Virus record (IMG/VR): IMGVR_UViG_3300036668_000173
Location: 1 to 64,000 of that record
Strand: one strand, 5' to 3'
DNA: 64,000 nucleotides
DNA from: a virus
Shown here: positions 9,015-19,069 of the stretch, piece after piece
Layout of the letters: each line of letters begins with the position of its first letter
Numbering within the stretch: position 1 is the first letter of the stretch
Notes under the pieces: generated by a model
The model's database searches: none
What the model saw: only the letters and a program-made list of their open reading frames with translations
What the model was told of the DNA's origin: nothing
Position numbers and translations under genes: made by a program

Positions 9015-10013
9015 ATGTTTGGAAATTATTTTTATCATGAACACATTAAGAGAACCGTCGCAGTGTTCGGGACGCTATTCAATAACTTGAAGGTAGTGAA
9101 ACGTGACTCGACAGGAAAGATAATTTCTACGATTAAGGTTCCGTTATCATATGGACCAAGACAGAAGTTTCTTGCCCGTATTGCAGACGAAGCAAACCTT
9201 AACGATCCTAAGCTGGCAATTAGACTTCCGAGAATGTCTTTTGAAATTGTGTCTTTGACATATGACACGGGTACGAAGCTACAGAAAGGACTTACCTCTA
9301 AAACTCCTTCCCCTTCTTCTAATCCACTTCAACGCCAATCGATACTTTATCCTACTACCTATAAAATTGCAATACAGTTGAACATCATGTCAAAGACTCA
9401 AGATGATGCCCTTCAATTAATAGAGCAGATTATACCACACTTTCAACCAGATTATACGGTGACCGTAAAGGAAGTTGATAATAATTTTCTAGGAGATATT
9501 CCATTTGTGATACAGGCTATCACTATGACAGACGACTACGAGGGAGACTTTAATTCTAGAAGGGCAATTATCTATACCCTTGAATTCGAAACCCGTGTTC
9601 GGTTTTATGGGCCCCTCTCTTCACGAAATGTAATCAAGACCTCTGAAGTGACTCTATCAAACCCAGACATGCAAAGGGAAGGGGTTCCTTATTCTAATCT
9701 AGAATTTACGGTAACGCCAAAGAATGCGACCAAAGACGAAGAGTATGAAATTGTCGGAAACTATAACATTTTTGATTCGTCCGACGAAGTCAAATTAAAG
9801 TACTCCAATCGGGTGGGTGGATCCTTTGTGGTCGGTGATTACCTACGTGGTCTCACCTCGATGAGTTCAGGAAAAATAACAGAGGTCACTAATAAATATA
9901 TTGTAGTAGCATTTCCTGACTCTGCATATGATATTGGTGAGACTATATCAAACACCGATGACGAAGTGAGTGCCAAAATAGATTCAATCGAACCCCTATA
10001 TAGAACTTATTAA
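9015..10013 (+). CDS. gp15: Tail sheath stabiliser gp15
   Basis: FGTLFNN, VPLSYGPRQKF, LPRMSFE, EQIIPHFQP. Confidence 0.9.
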   Translation: MFGNYFYHEHIKRTVAVFGTLFNNLKVVKRDSTGKIISTIKVPLSYGPRQKFLARIADEANLNDPKLAIRLPRMSFEIVSLTYDTGTKLQKGLTSKTPSPSSNPLQRQSILYPTTYKIAIQLNIMSKTQDDALQLIEQIIPHFQPDYTVTVKEVDNNFLGDIPFVIQAITMTDDYEGDFNSRRAIIYTLEFETRVRFYGPLSSRNVIKTSEVTLSNPDMQREGVPYSNLEFTVTPKNATKDEEYEIVGNYNIFDSSDEVKLKYSNRVGGSFVVGDYLRGLTSMSSGKITEVTNKYIVVAFPDSAYDIGETISNTDDEVSAKIDSIEPLYRTY

Positions 10014-10026
10014 GAGTGAAAATAAT

Positions 10027-10452
10027 ATGAATGACGATGACGATGACGAAAAGTATTCTACCGAGGATCAGACTAATGATGACTTTGTTTTTTCGCGGGA
10101 CAAGTATTATAAATTAGCCGAAAGTGGTCAAGAGGCAATTGATTTGATGTTGAATCTTGCCCGTGAATCCGAGGCACCCAGAGCCTTTGAGGTTCTTGCG
10201 ACACTGATAAAAAGTAATGCCGAAATTGTAGATAGGCTAATGGATCTACAAAAAAAGAAAAAGGATATTCTAAAAAAAGAAACCACTAGCATAGCCACGG
10301 TTCCTAAAATAGAGAACGCTCCTTCGGGCAGTGGTGGCATAACCAATAACAATTTGTTTGTAGGTTCTACTCAAGAACTATCTAAGATGATAGAAGAAAG
10401 GAAAGAGGCTTTAAGAAACAAACAAAATACAATAGAAGAAGATGAAGACTGA
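10027..10452 (+). CDS. gp16: Terminase small subunit gp16
   Basis: PRAFEV, NNNLFVGSTQEL; precedes gp17. Confidence 0.9.
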   Translation: MNDDDDDEKYSTEDQTNDDFVFSRDKYYKLAESGQEAIDLMLNLARESEAPRAFEVLATLIKSNAEIVDRLMDLQKKKKDILKKETTSIATVPKIENAPSGSGGITNNNLFVGSTQELSKMIEERKEALRNKQNTIEEDED

Positions 10453-12469
10453 ATTAAATAATTACTTTGGTAATGCAAACTTAAAGGGAGCCAATGTAAC
10501 AATTGATTGGACTCCTGAGATGGTGTCCGAATGGATAAAATGTAAAAACGATCCTATGTATTTTGGTAGAAACTATATCAAAATTATTAGTGTCGACGGT
10601 GGCTTAGTTACAATTGATCCGTATGACTATCAGGAAGAGATCGTTCGTAAATTTGAAAAGTCCAGAAAACTTGTTGTCGTAGCATCTAGGCAGTGTGGCA
10701 AAACGACTACTGCGACTCTTATTGTCCTTCATTATATACTTTTCAATTCATACAAGCGCGTAGCTCTGTTAGCAAATAAACGTGATTCGGCAATGGACAT
10801 TTTAGATCGAATTCAAATTGCATTCGAAGGCTTACCCTATTGGTTACAACAAGGTGTGGTGAGTTGGAATAAACAATCTGTGGAGTTGGAGAACGGATCT
10901 CGAGTCATCGCGGCGGCAACATCATCAAGTGCAATTCGAGGAAAAAGTATAAACCTTTTATATCTCGACGAAACCGCATTTATCGATAATTGGAACGAGT
11001 TCTCTGCTTCGGTTCTGCCTACTATTTCTTCGGGCAAGACCACAAAACTGTTGTACACTTCTACCCCTAACGGATTAAATCACTTCTATAAAACCGTGAT
11101 GGGAGCAAAAGATAAATCTAACGGGTTTGAGTTAGTCGAGGTGCCTTGGTATAAAGTTCCTGGGAGGGACGAGGCATGGAAAAAAACCACTATGGGCGAC
11201 ATCGATAACGACGCTCAGAAATTTGAACAAGAATATTCTTGTGTAACGGGTGATACAATTGTAACTGTTAAAGATAAATCGACTGGTGAAATTAAAAATA
11301 TAACTATTGAAGAGTTGTATGTTAATAATTATGAAATTTTAACACATGAAGGATTTAAACCGTTTGATGGAATTAAACGGAGTCTATCTAATTCTCTAGT
11401 GTTTATCGAAACAACATCAGGGAAAAAATTAAAATGCACAAGTGACCATTTAATTTGCATTGGCAACGAATACGTTACGGCTGATAGTTTAGCTGTTAGC
11501 GACACCATACTCACTAAAGATGGTGTAGAAAGTATAAAAATTAAAAAATGTGTCAATGAAAAACAATATGTATATGATGTACTAGAAGTTAAAGATACTA
11601 ATTCGTATTATACCAATGACATAATAAGTCACAACTGTGAGTTTCAAGGCTCTTCGGGTACCCTTATCTCTGGATCAAAACTAAAAGAACTCGTGCCCCT
11701 TGATCCTATTGTATCTAAAGATAGCATGTCGATGTATGTGAAATACGAAAAAGAACATCAGTATGTGTGTATCTGTGACGTGTCACGTGGAAAGGGTCTC
11801 GACTACTCGGCATTTTCTATCATAGACATTACCCAAATGCCATACAAGCAAGTTCTCACGTTCAAAGATAATATGATAACCCCTACCGAGTATGCAGAAA
11901 CTATTTTTCGTACTTGCAAATTGTATGGTGAATGTGTTGTGTTAGTAGAGATCAACGATATTGGTCAACAAGTATCAGACACTTTACACGACACATATGA
12001 ATACGAAAATATTCTATATACCGAAAGCGCAGGTCGATCAGGAAAACGTATATCAAGTGGGTTTGGGAAAGGCGCAGACTCTGGCATAAGAACAACCAAA
12101 ACGGTTAAGGCGGTTGGTTGTAACATGTTGAAGTTAATGATCGAACAAAATCAATTGATCGTAAACGACATACAAACAATCGAAGAGTTATCCAGATTTT
12201 CACGTAAAGGACTTTCTTTCGAAGCCGAGTCGGGTTGCAATGATGACCTTGTTATGACACTAGTATTATTTGGGTGGTTGTCGGATCAACAATACTTTAA
12301 AGACCTAACCAATATCAACACCTTGGCGAACCTTCGAGAAAAGTCCGAGGATGATTTGATGAGCGAGTTAACTCCGTTTGGTGTTTTGGATGATGGGCTT
12401 AAAGAAGAAGTGATATATGAGGGTCGTGAAATGTGGACGGTGGTACCTTCTTCGGGTGAATTGTACTGA
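10442..12469 (+). CDS. gp17: Terminase large subunit gp17, containing an intein
   Basis: SRQCGKTT Walker A, LYLDE Walker B, STPNG, DVSRG/DYS, NDDLVM. Confidence 0.95.
   Translation: MKTELNNYFGNANLKGANVTIDWTPEMVSEWIKCKNDPMYFGRNYIKIISVDGGLVTIDPYDYQEEIVRKFEKSRKLVVVASRQCGKTTTATLIVLHYILFNSYKRVALLANKRDSAMDILDRIQIAFEGLPYWLQQGVVSWNKQSVELENGSRVIAAATSSSAIRGKSINLLYLDETAFIDNWNEFSASVLPTISSGKTTKLLYTSTPNGLNHFYKTVMGAKDKSNGFELVEVPWYKVPGRDEAWKKTTMGDIDNDAQKFEQEYSCVTGDTIVTVKDKSTGEIKNITIEELYVNNYEILTHEGFKPFDGIKRSLSNSLVFIETTSGKKLKCTSDHLICIGNEYVTADSLAVSDTILTKDGVESIKIKKCVNEKQYVYDVLEVKDTNSYYTNDIISHNCEFQGSSGTLISGSKLKELVPLDPIVSKDSMSMYVKYEKEHQYVCICDVSRGKGLDYSAFSIIDITQMPYKQVLTFKDNMITPTEYAETIFRTCKLYGECVVLVEINDIGQQVSDTLHDTYEYENILYTESAGRSGKRISSGFGKGADSGIRTTKTVKAVGCNMLKLMIEQNQLIVNDIQTIEELSRFSRKGLSFEAESGCNDDLVMTLVLFGWLSDQQYFKDLTNINTLANLREKSEDDLMSELTPFGVLDDGLKEEVIYEGREMWTVVPSSGELY
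11240..11635 (+). mobile_element. Mini-intein (132 aa, no homing endonuclease) in gp17
   Basis: EQEYS|CVTGDT ... CTSDH (block B) ... VYDVLEV...NDIISHN|CEF: Cys1, His-Asn end, Cys+1. Confidence 0.92.
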
Positions 12470-12483
12470 TAAATTCCGATATT

Positions 12484-12491
12484 TATAAATA
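12484..12491 (+). promoter_or_regulatory. T4-type late promoter TATAAATA upstream of gp18
   Basis: Exact consensus in the intergenic gap; gp55 is encoded in this window. Confidence 0.8.
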
Positions 12492-12569
12492 TAAGCATGA
12501 GAATCAAAGAATGATTCATGTCCGTATTATGGAATTTAATCTTATTACACTTTGACTAAGGAAAAGAAC

Positions 12570-14297
12570 ATGTCAGGATTTCAAGTATCCCCAGGTGTCG
12601 AGGTTAACGAAAGAGATTTAACCAACGTAGTTCCCGCAGTTTCGAGTTCTATTGGTGGCATCTCAGGCGCATTCGCTTGGGGCCCCGTCGAAGAGATCGT
12701 TAATGTAGGATCAGAAAAAGAATTGGTTGCTCGTTTCGGAAAACCCACAGACACTACCTATAAGTATTTCATGCCAGCCGCGCAATTCTTATTGTACACC
12801 AACGCGCTCAAGGTAGTCAGAACCAATAACGCAGGGCTTAAGAACGCGGCGGCGGGTGGAGAAGGAATTTTAGTTAAAAATTCAGACACCTACCCAAACA
12901 CCACATTCGCTCAAGATAGCTACGGTGAAGGGTTTGAGTTTGTTGCAAAATACCCAGGCGCATTAGGCAATAGCCTCAAGGTTATCGTTTGTACAAATGA
13001 AGCCGCATTCGATTCAACCACATTCGCCCCCTTTAAAGGTCTGTTTGACTTTGCCCCAGATATGTCAACCTATGCGAAAGAACGTGGTTTGGTTTTAAAT
13101 GGTACAAAAGACAATGGCGACGAAATGCATATTGTTGTCTTGGATTCGGACGGATCTTGGACTGGAAGTGTAAACACTGTTCTAGAAACTTTTCAAGGTG
13201 TATCACAAGCCTCAGACGCACGTCGTGACGATGGCGCCTCGAACTACTATGTCGACATATTGAATCGCGAATCTAAGTATGTTTGGTTCGGTCTTCATGA
13301 CGACGAGTTAGAGCTTGCAGGAGAACCTGTATCAGACGCTCCAAGTGGTTACCTCACGATTGATACTATCACAACCTATCAGTTTGGTGGTGGTTCGAGT
13401 GGAACATCAGAAACGCCTACGATTGGTGAGCTTGCAGATGCATATGATTTGTTTGGTGATGCCGAAACCACAGACGTAAACTTTTTAATTGGTGCTGAGG
13501 TTTCAGGAGCTGACGCAGTCGCACACGCAGTAACTTTAATTGCCATCGCTGAATCACGCAAGGATGTCCTTGCATTTGTTTCACCACATATCTCGGCAAC
13601 CGTAAACAACGTAGACGCAAGAGCTAATGTTATCGATTGGGCTAATCCTATCACATCAAGTTCGTATGGTGTATTCGATTCGACCGCTCTGTACGTGTAC
13701 GACAAATATAACGACAAGTATCGTTGGATTGTTGCATCGGGTGGTACTGCTGGTCTTTGTGCCTATACGGATTCGATCGCAGATCCATGGGTGTCACCTT
13801 CTGGCTTTAATCGTGGTCAGTATCGTGGCGTCACAAAGATTGCATTCAATCCAAAGAAAGCAGACCGTGATGAGTTGTACAAGGCTAGGGTCAATCCTAT
13901 TGTAGCATTCCCAGGGGAGGGCATTGTTCTCTACGGTGACAAGACTGCATTGAAAAAGCCTTCGGCATTCGATCGCATCAACGTTCGTAGATTGTTTATT
14001 ACTCTCGAGAAACGTGTTGCCGTTGCCGCTAAGTTTCAGTTGTTTGAATTTAACGATGAGTTCTCTCGCGCTCAATTTAAAAACTTAGTAGAACCTTTCT
14101 TACGTGATGTACAAGGGCGTAGAGGCGTTACCGATTTTGCAGTTATTTGTGATGAAACCAATAACACTGGTGAAGTCATCGACACTAACCGATTTGTTGC
14201 CGATATTTACGTTAAACCAACCCGATCAATTAATTTCATTACTCTAAACTTCATCGCTACGCGAAGTGGTATTGAGTTTTCTGAAATTGTAGGTTAA
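12570..14297 (+). CDS. gp18: Tail sheath gp18
   Basis: SPGVEVNERD, WGPVEE, SAFDRINVRRLF, FEFNDEF; ATG at 12570 follows aagga RBS. Confidence 0.95.
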   Translation: MSGFQVSPGVEVNERDLTNVVPAVSSSIGGISGAFAWGPVEEIVNVGSEKELVARFGKPTDTTYKYFMPAAQFLLYTNALKVVRTNNAGLKNAAAGGEGILVKNSDTYPNTTFAQDSYGEGFEFVAKYPGALGNSLKVIVCTNEAAFDSTTFAPFKGLFDFAPDMSTYAKERGLVLNGTKDNGDEMHIVVLDSDGSWTGSVNTVLETFQGVSQASDARRDDGASNYYVDILNRESKYVWFGLHDDELELAGEPVSDAPSGYLTIDTITTYQFGGGSSGTSETPTIGELADAYDLFGDAETTDVNFLIGAEVSGADAVAHAVTLIAIAESRKDVLAFVSPHISATVNNVDARANVIDWANPITSSSYGVFDSTALYVYDKYNDKYRWIVASGGTAGLCAYTDSIADPWVSPSGFNRGQYRGVTKIAFNPKKADRDELYKARVNPIVAFPGEGIVLYGDKTALKKPSAFDRINVRRLFITLEKRVAVAAKFQLFEFNDEFSRAQFKNLVEPFLRDVQGRRGVTDFAVICDETNNTGEVIDTNRFVADIYVKPTRSINFITLNFIATRSGIEFSEIVG

Positions 14298-14312
14298 TAA
14301 GGAGATATAGAA

Positions 14313-14855
14313 ATGGCGATTTTAGGCGTAGATGACTTTAAAGCAAAACTAACGGGTGGTGGTGCTCGTTCCAACTTATTCAAAGTGACGGTTGGCTTTC
14401 CTAGCTATGCGGCAGGTAATACAGAGTTAACCTCATTCATGTGTAAGTCGGCTCAGTTACCAGCCTCTACTGTTGCACCAATCGTGATCCCTTTCCGTGG
14501 ACGTCAAGTCTACGTGGCAGGTGATCGTACCTTTGAACCTGCAACAATAACCGTTATAAATGACACAAACTTCGCGGTGCGTAATGCATTTGAACGTTGG
14601 TCAAATGGTATCAACCGAAACCGTGCTAATACTGGTTTTACTAACCCTGCAGACTATATGCAAGAAGTGACCATCGAACAGCTTGATAAATCTGGTGTGG
14701 TTATTAAATCATATTTTTTAAGTGGTTGTTTTCCTACCGAAATAAGCGCGATAGAAGTGTCATATGACAACGAAAACGCGATCGAAGAGTTTACGGTTAC
14801 CATGCAAATCCAATACTGGACTTCAGGTACAACCCCTGACACTTTGAATAGATAG
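14313..14855 (+). CDS. gp19: Tail tube gp19
   Basis: GGARSNLF, FRGRQVYVAGDRTF, IEEFTVT. Confidence 0.95.
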   Translation: MAILGVDDFKAKLTGGGARSNLFKVTVGFPSYAAGNTELTSFMCKSAQLPASTVAPIVIPFRGRQVYVAGDRTFEPATITVINDTNFAVRNAFERWSNGINRNRANTGFTNPADYMQEVTIEQLDKSGVVIKSYFLSGCFPTEISAIEVSYDNENAIEEFTVTMQIQYWTSGTTPDTLNR

Positions 14856-14866
14856 ATAGTATAAAC

Positions 14867-14895
14867 ACGTGTGAGGTAAATAAAGCCTCACACGT
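14867..14895 (+). terminator. 10-bp hairpin between gp19 and gp20
   Basis: acgtgtgagg / cctcacacgt perfect stem; no clear U-tract, so it may be a processing or stability hairpin. Confidence 0.5.
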
Positions 14896-14918
14896 AACTA
14901 TCTTAGGAGCTATATTTA

Positions 14919-16484
14919 ATGATTGAAAATAATAATAACGGTGAAAATGGTAATGGTGCATTTTCTTTTTTTGGTTTTGAAATTAAAAGAAAATCAGACG
15001 AAAAAGAAAACTCTAAAAAACTATCTTTCGTTGTTCCTACATCAGAGGATGGTGAAGGTTACTTAGTTAATGCGGGTGGACATTTTGGCTCTTACATCGA
15101 TATGGAGGGTGCGGCTTCGAGAACGGAGCGCGACCTAATTTTAAAATATCGAGACATCGCACAACAACCCGAATGTGATTCGGCTATTGAAGATATTGTA
15201 AATGAGTCTATTGTATCAGACGAAGAATCATATCCTCTGTCTTTAATTCTTGACGACCTTAAACAACCCGAACGCATTAAAGAAATGATGCGAGACGAGT
15301 TTGAGTATATCATGGAGTTGCTAAACTTTAATTGGTTTGGTCATGACATATACCGACGTTGGTACATCGATGGTCGTTTGCATTACCACAAAATTATTGA
15401 CGAGAAGAATCCCAAAAGAGGACTTCTTGAATTACGAGCAATCGACTCGACAAAAATAAGAAAAGTAAGAGAAGTAAGGGAAGAGAGAGATCCAAAGACT
15501 GGGATTAAATTAATCAAGTCCATAAACGAATACTATGTCTACCAATCAGATGTAATGTCAAAAGGCAACCAAGGAATTAAGATTGCCAAAGATTCTATTT
15601 GTTATGTGACTAGTGGTGTACTCGATCCATCAAGAAAAAGAGTACTCTCATACCTACACAAGGCGTTAAAGACCGTAAATCAATTACGCATGATGGAAGA
15701 CTCTTTGGTCATCTATCGTATGGCTCGTGCTCCAGAAAGACGAGTGTTCTATATTGACGTAGGAAATTTACCAAAGACCAAGGCAGAAGAGTACCTTCGA
15801 AATGTCATGGCAAAGTATCGTAACAAAATGGTCTACGATGCTAGTACTGGTGAAATGAAAGATGATCGTAAACACATGTCAATGCTCGAAGACTTCTGGT
15901 TACCACGAAGAGAAGGTGGTCGAGGTACAGAAATTACTACCCTAGGTGGTGGTGATAACCTAGGTCAAATTGAAGACATCGTATATTTTCAAAAGAAATT
16001 ATATCGATCAATGAACGTGCCACCTAATCGTTTAGAACAAGAGGCCCAATTCAGTCTTGGTCGTTCGTCAGAGATAAGTCGTGAAGAATTAAAGTTTCAT
16101 AAATTCATTGCTCGTCTTCGTAAAAAGTTCTCGACTCTTTTCATGGATCTACTAAGGACTCAATTAGTTCTTAAGGGTATTTTCACTGATGAAGAATGGG
16201 AAGACATCCGACAAAATGTTTCTATTGACTATCTAGAAGACAACCACTTCACAGAATTAAAAGAAGCCGAGATTTTTAGGGATCGTGTCGCCACGCTACG
16301 TGAAGTTGATGAATATGTGGGCAAGTACTTTTCGATTGAATGGATACGCCACAACGTACTTCATCAAACCGAAGAGGACGTCAAAATTATAGACAAGGCA
16401 ATGGAAGCCGAAAAGAAGGCGGGTATGTATGGGTTTGAGGATGAAGACCCTGAGCAACAACAACAACAGGCGCCTCAAAAATAG
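14919..16484 (+). CDS. gp20: Portal protein gp20
   Basis: RAPERRVFYIDVGNLP, EDFWLPRREGGRGTEI. Confidence 0.97.
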   Translation: MIENNNNGENGNGAFSFFGFEIKRKSDEKENSKKLSFVVPTSEDGEGYLVNAGGHFGSYIDMEGAASRTERDLILKYRDIAQQPECDSAIEDIVNESIVSDEESYPLSLILDDLKQPERIKEMMRDEFEYIMELLNFNWFGHDIYRRWYIDGRLHYHKIIDEKNPKRGLLELRAIDSTKIRKVREVREERDPKTGIKLIKSINEYYVYQSDVMSKGNQGIKIAKDSICYVTSGVLDPSRKRVLSYLHKALKTVNQLRMMEDSLVIYRMARAPERRVFYIDVGNLPKTKAEEYLRNVMAKYRNKMVYDASTGEMKDDRKHMSMLEDFWLPRREGGRGTEITTLGGGDNLGQIEDIVYFQKKLYRSMNVPPNRLEQEAQFSLGRSSEISREELKFHKFIARLRKKFSTLFMDLLRTQLVLKGIFTDEEWEDIRQNVSIDYLEDNHFTELKEAEIFRDRVATLREVDEYVGKYFSIEWIRHNVLHQTEEDVKIIDKAMEAEKKAGMYGFEDEDPEQQQQQAPQK

Positions 16485-16512
16485 TAATCAAGTGATATGA
16501 AATCACATTTTT

Positions 16513-16520
16513 TATAAATA
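16513..16520 (+). promoter_or_regulatory. Late promoter TATAAATA
   Basis: Exact consensus upstream of the prohead core genes. Confidence 0.8.
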
Positions 16521-16536
16521 TATTAAAGGAACATTT

Positions 16537-16782
16537 ATGTCAACAATTAACGATATTATTGTATCACTCGCTCATGACGAATTAGTAGACGCAAACTCTG
16601 CCTTTCAGTCAATCATGAAAGATAAGACTTCACAATTTTTAGATGATGCAAAAATAGATATTGCCAATAGCGCTTTGTATGGCGAAGACTCTGACGAAGA
16701 TGATGACGAGTACGAAGATGATTATGAAGGTGAGTACGAAGACGACGAAGAAGACGACGAAGAAGACGAAACCGATGATTAA
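16537..16782 (+). CDS. Prohead core protein, gp67-like, with acidic tail
   Basis: Position after portal; D/E-rich C-terminus. Confidence 0.65.
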   Translation: MSTINDIIVSLAHDELVDANSAFQSIMKDKTSQFLDDAKIDIANSALYGEDSDEDDDEYEDDYEGEYEDDEEDDEEDETDD

Positions 16783-16993
16783 ATTTAACGAATTTAGAAA
16801 AACGTTAAGTGAAGCTAAATCTGATTCGGATAAGAGTTCATTTAGGGTAGGGAAGTATAAAGCACTTATCAAAAAAGAAAATAATAAATTTGTTGCCTAT
16901 ATTGACGGTGATCGCTTTGAAGCCTTTAAGACTGAAGCCGAAGCCAAAAAAGGTTTAACAGATTTTGTGGACATGTTAGGTAAAACAAAATGA
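16775..16993 (+). CDS. Small prohead/internal protein (gp68 position), N-terminus MIKFNEFRKTLSE
   Basis: ATG at 16775 overlaps the previous stop; the upstream extension in the ORF track is a shifted reading of the acidic repeat. Confidence 0.65.
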   Translation: MIKFNEFRKTLSEAKSDSDKSSFRVGKYKALIKKENNKFVAYIDGDRFEAFKTEAEAKKGLTDFVDMLGKTK

Positions 16994-17262
16994 CAAGAAA
17001 ATATAGACCTATATCTCAAGAAGTACCATCGCCAACTACTTTGGCTAATGCTACTACCGTTTCGGATGCCAATGTTGTTCGTGTCATAAACACTGCCCCT
17101 ACTACTACATACCTAATGACCTTACTAGATGCGTCTAATTCGGTGGTTGGTACGATGACTTTGGGTGGTGGTGAAATCGCCTTGTTAGATAAGCCAAAAA
17201 CATATAAGGTGTTTTGCGCGAACGCCTCAGTAAAGTTAACCTCAGTGAGTTACCCAGCATGA
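16990..17262 (+). CDS. Hypothetical head-module protein
   Basis: ATGA coupling on both sides. Confidence 0.65.
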   Translation: MTRKYRPISQEVPSPTTLANATTVSDANVVRVINTAPTTTYLMTLLDASNSVVGTMTLGGGEIALLDKPKTYKVFCANASVKLTSVSYPA

Positions 17263-17912
17263 AATTAATCACAGAAAACATCGAAGAAGTAAGGTATGTC
17301 ATTCAAGAAGACAAGGCTACTGGAAAAAAGAAAAGCATAATCGAAGGCGTGTTTATGCAAGCCGAACAGAAAAACCGTAATAATAGGATCTACTCTAAGC
17401 CTATTCTAGAAAACGCAGTTAAACGATACAGTACCGAACAGGTTGCCAAGAATCGCGCGGTAGGCGAACTCAATCACCCAGACACCCCAACAATCAACCT
17501 TGATAAAGTCTCTCACCGAATCACAGAATTGAGATGGGAAGGAAACGATGTAATGGGTAAGGCAATCATCCTCGATACTCCTATGGGAAGAATCGCCAGA
17601 GGACTCATGGAAGGCGGAGTTCAATTAGGTGTTTCTAGTAGAGGCATGGGCTCTATCGAGCAACGTGGTGGAATCTCTTATGTTAAGCCTGATTTTATGT
17701 TGGCAACAGTTGACATTGTTCAAGATCCGTCTTGTGTCGATGCAATGGTTGACGGAATATTAGAAGGCGTTGAATGGGGTCGTGATGAAAGTGGAAACTA
17801 CTATCGCATTCAAGAATATAAAGAGACCGTAAAAAAATCTTATCGTAATAGTATATCAGAAGAAGAAAGAACCAATATCCAGATTAAGGCATTTAAAAAA
17901 TTATTTAGTTAA
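17259..17912 (+). CDS. gp21: Prohead protease gp21
   Basis: MKLITE, KNRNNRIY, GELNHP, GVSSRGMGS, DIVQDPS. Confidence 0.95.
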   Translation: MKLITENIEEVRYVIQEDKATGKKKSIIEGVFMQAEQKNRNNRIYSKPILENAVKRYSTEQVAKNRAVGELNHPDTPTINLDKVSHRITELRWEGNDVMGKAIILDTPMGRIARGLMEGGVQLGVSSRGMGSIEQRGGISYVKPDFMLATVDIVQDPSCVDAMVDGILEGVEWGRDESGNYYRIQEYKETVKKSYRNSISEEERTNIQIKAFKKLFS

Positions 17913-17924
17913 AAACTCGTTTTT

Positions 17925-17932
17925 TATAAATA
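17925..17932 (+). promoter_or_regulatory. Late promoter TATAAATA upstream of gp22
   Basis: Exact consensus. Confidence 0.8.
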
Positions 17933-18074
17933 ATAGGAATGCAAGAATTGTGTATTAATTTACACATCAATATTTTATGGGATGCTTGATCTCAATGATC
18001 GAGTCTTTGATTTGTATGAGACAGAAATTTCATTTCCTCTCGAAACTTTAACACATAATAGGGAGTAGTAATTC

Positions 18075-19049
18075 ATGGATCAAAAACATGAGGATCTCCA
18101 AGATGATCTCGAAGAGGAAATCTATGAGGATTCAACAGAAGAGTTAGATGAGGATAGCATGGAAGAGGGTCACGATCCTCAGAATGCACCACATCAATCA
18201 GTAAAATCAGTGGAAGCCGCAAGTGGTAAAACAAAGCGTCAACCACTTCGCAGAGGTGACAAACAAAATTCATATCCTATGCATAAAGTTGGAACCAAAG
18301 CAAAAGAAGCAATCATGGCTAAAGAAGGTATCGAAGGTGTGTTTGGTGAAGACCTTACAGCCCTAGTCGAATCTGAAGCAACATTGTCTGAAGGTTTTAA
18401 AGAGAAAGCCGAGATCATTTTCGAAGCCGCTCTTACCTCAAAGCTCAATGAACATGTCGAACGCTTAGAAGACCAATACCAAATGCAACTCGAAGAAGAA
18501 GTCGAGACATTTCAAGGACAATTAGTCGAAAAGGTTAATACCTATTTGGATTATGTTGTTGCTACATGGGCAGAAGAGAATAGGTTAGCAATTGAAAACG
18601 GTCTTCGTACCGAAATTGCCGAGTCGTTCATGAATTCACTCCATAGCGTTTTCACAGAGCACTACATTCAAGTACCCGAAGAGAAAGTTGACCTTGTTGA
18701 CGGTTTAGCCGACAAAGTCGAAGAACTCGAAGAAAGCTTGAATCGTGTGGTTCAACAAAACATTGAATTGACTGAGTCAGTTAAGGACTATGAGCGTAAT
18801 TTAGTTATCGCCGAAGCGACAAAAGATTTATCTGAGTCACAAGCCGAAAAATTAAAATCACTCTCAGAAGACGTAGCGTTTGAGACTTTAGAAAAATTCG
18901 AAGACAAAGTCAGTACTATCAAAGAATCTTACTTCAAAAAGAGTAAGGTTAGAGTACGTAGTGGTGAAGATCAACTCATTGATGAATCTGCCGATGTGGT
19001 GGAACTCAGTCCAATGATGGAACGTTACCTCAACGCACTTAAAAAATAA
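18075..19049 (+). CDS. gp22: Prohead core scaffold gp22
   Basis: LSEGFKEKAEIIFEAA, YLDYVV, AIENGLRTEIAESF; lies between gp21 and gp23. Confidence 0.9.
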   Translation: MDQKHEDLQDDLEEEIYEDSTEELDEDSMEEGHDPQNAPHQSVKSVEAASGKTKRQPLRRGDKQNSYPMHKVGTKAKEAIMAKEGIEGVFGEDLTALVESEATLSEGFKEKAEIIFEAALTSKLNEHVERLEDQYQMQLEEEVETFQGQLVEKVNTYLDYVVATWAEENRLAIENGLRTEIAESFMNSLHSVFTEHYIQVPEEKVDLVDGLADKVEELEESLNRVVQQNIELTESVKDYERNLVIAEATKDLSESQAEKLKSLSEDVAFETLEKFEDKVSTIKESYFKKSKVRVRSGEDQLIDESADVVELSPMMERYLNALKK

Positions 19050-19069
19050 TTCCTAGGAGAATAATAAAA

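Noticed and set aside
16661-16774. K/T/M-rich N-terminal extension of the 16661 ORF and apparent trinucleotide repeat
   Set aside because: It is a shifted reading of the GAY/GAR acidic tail of the gp67-like gene; the real start is ATG 16775
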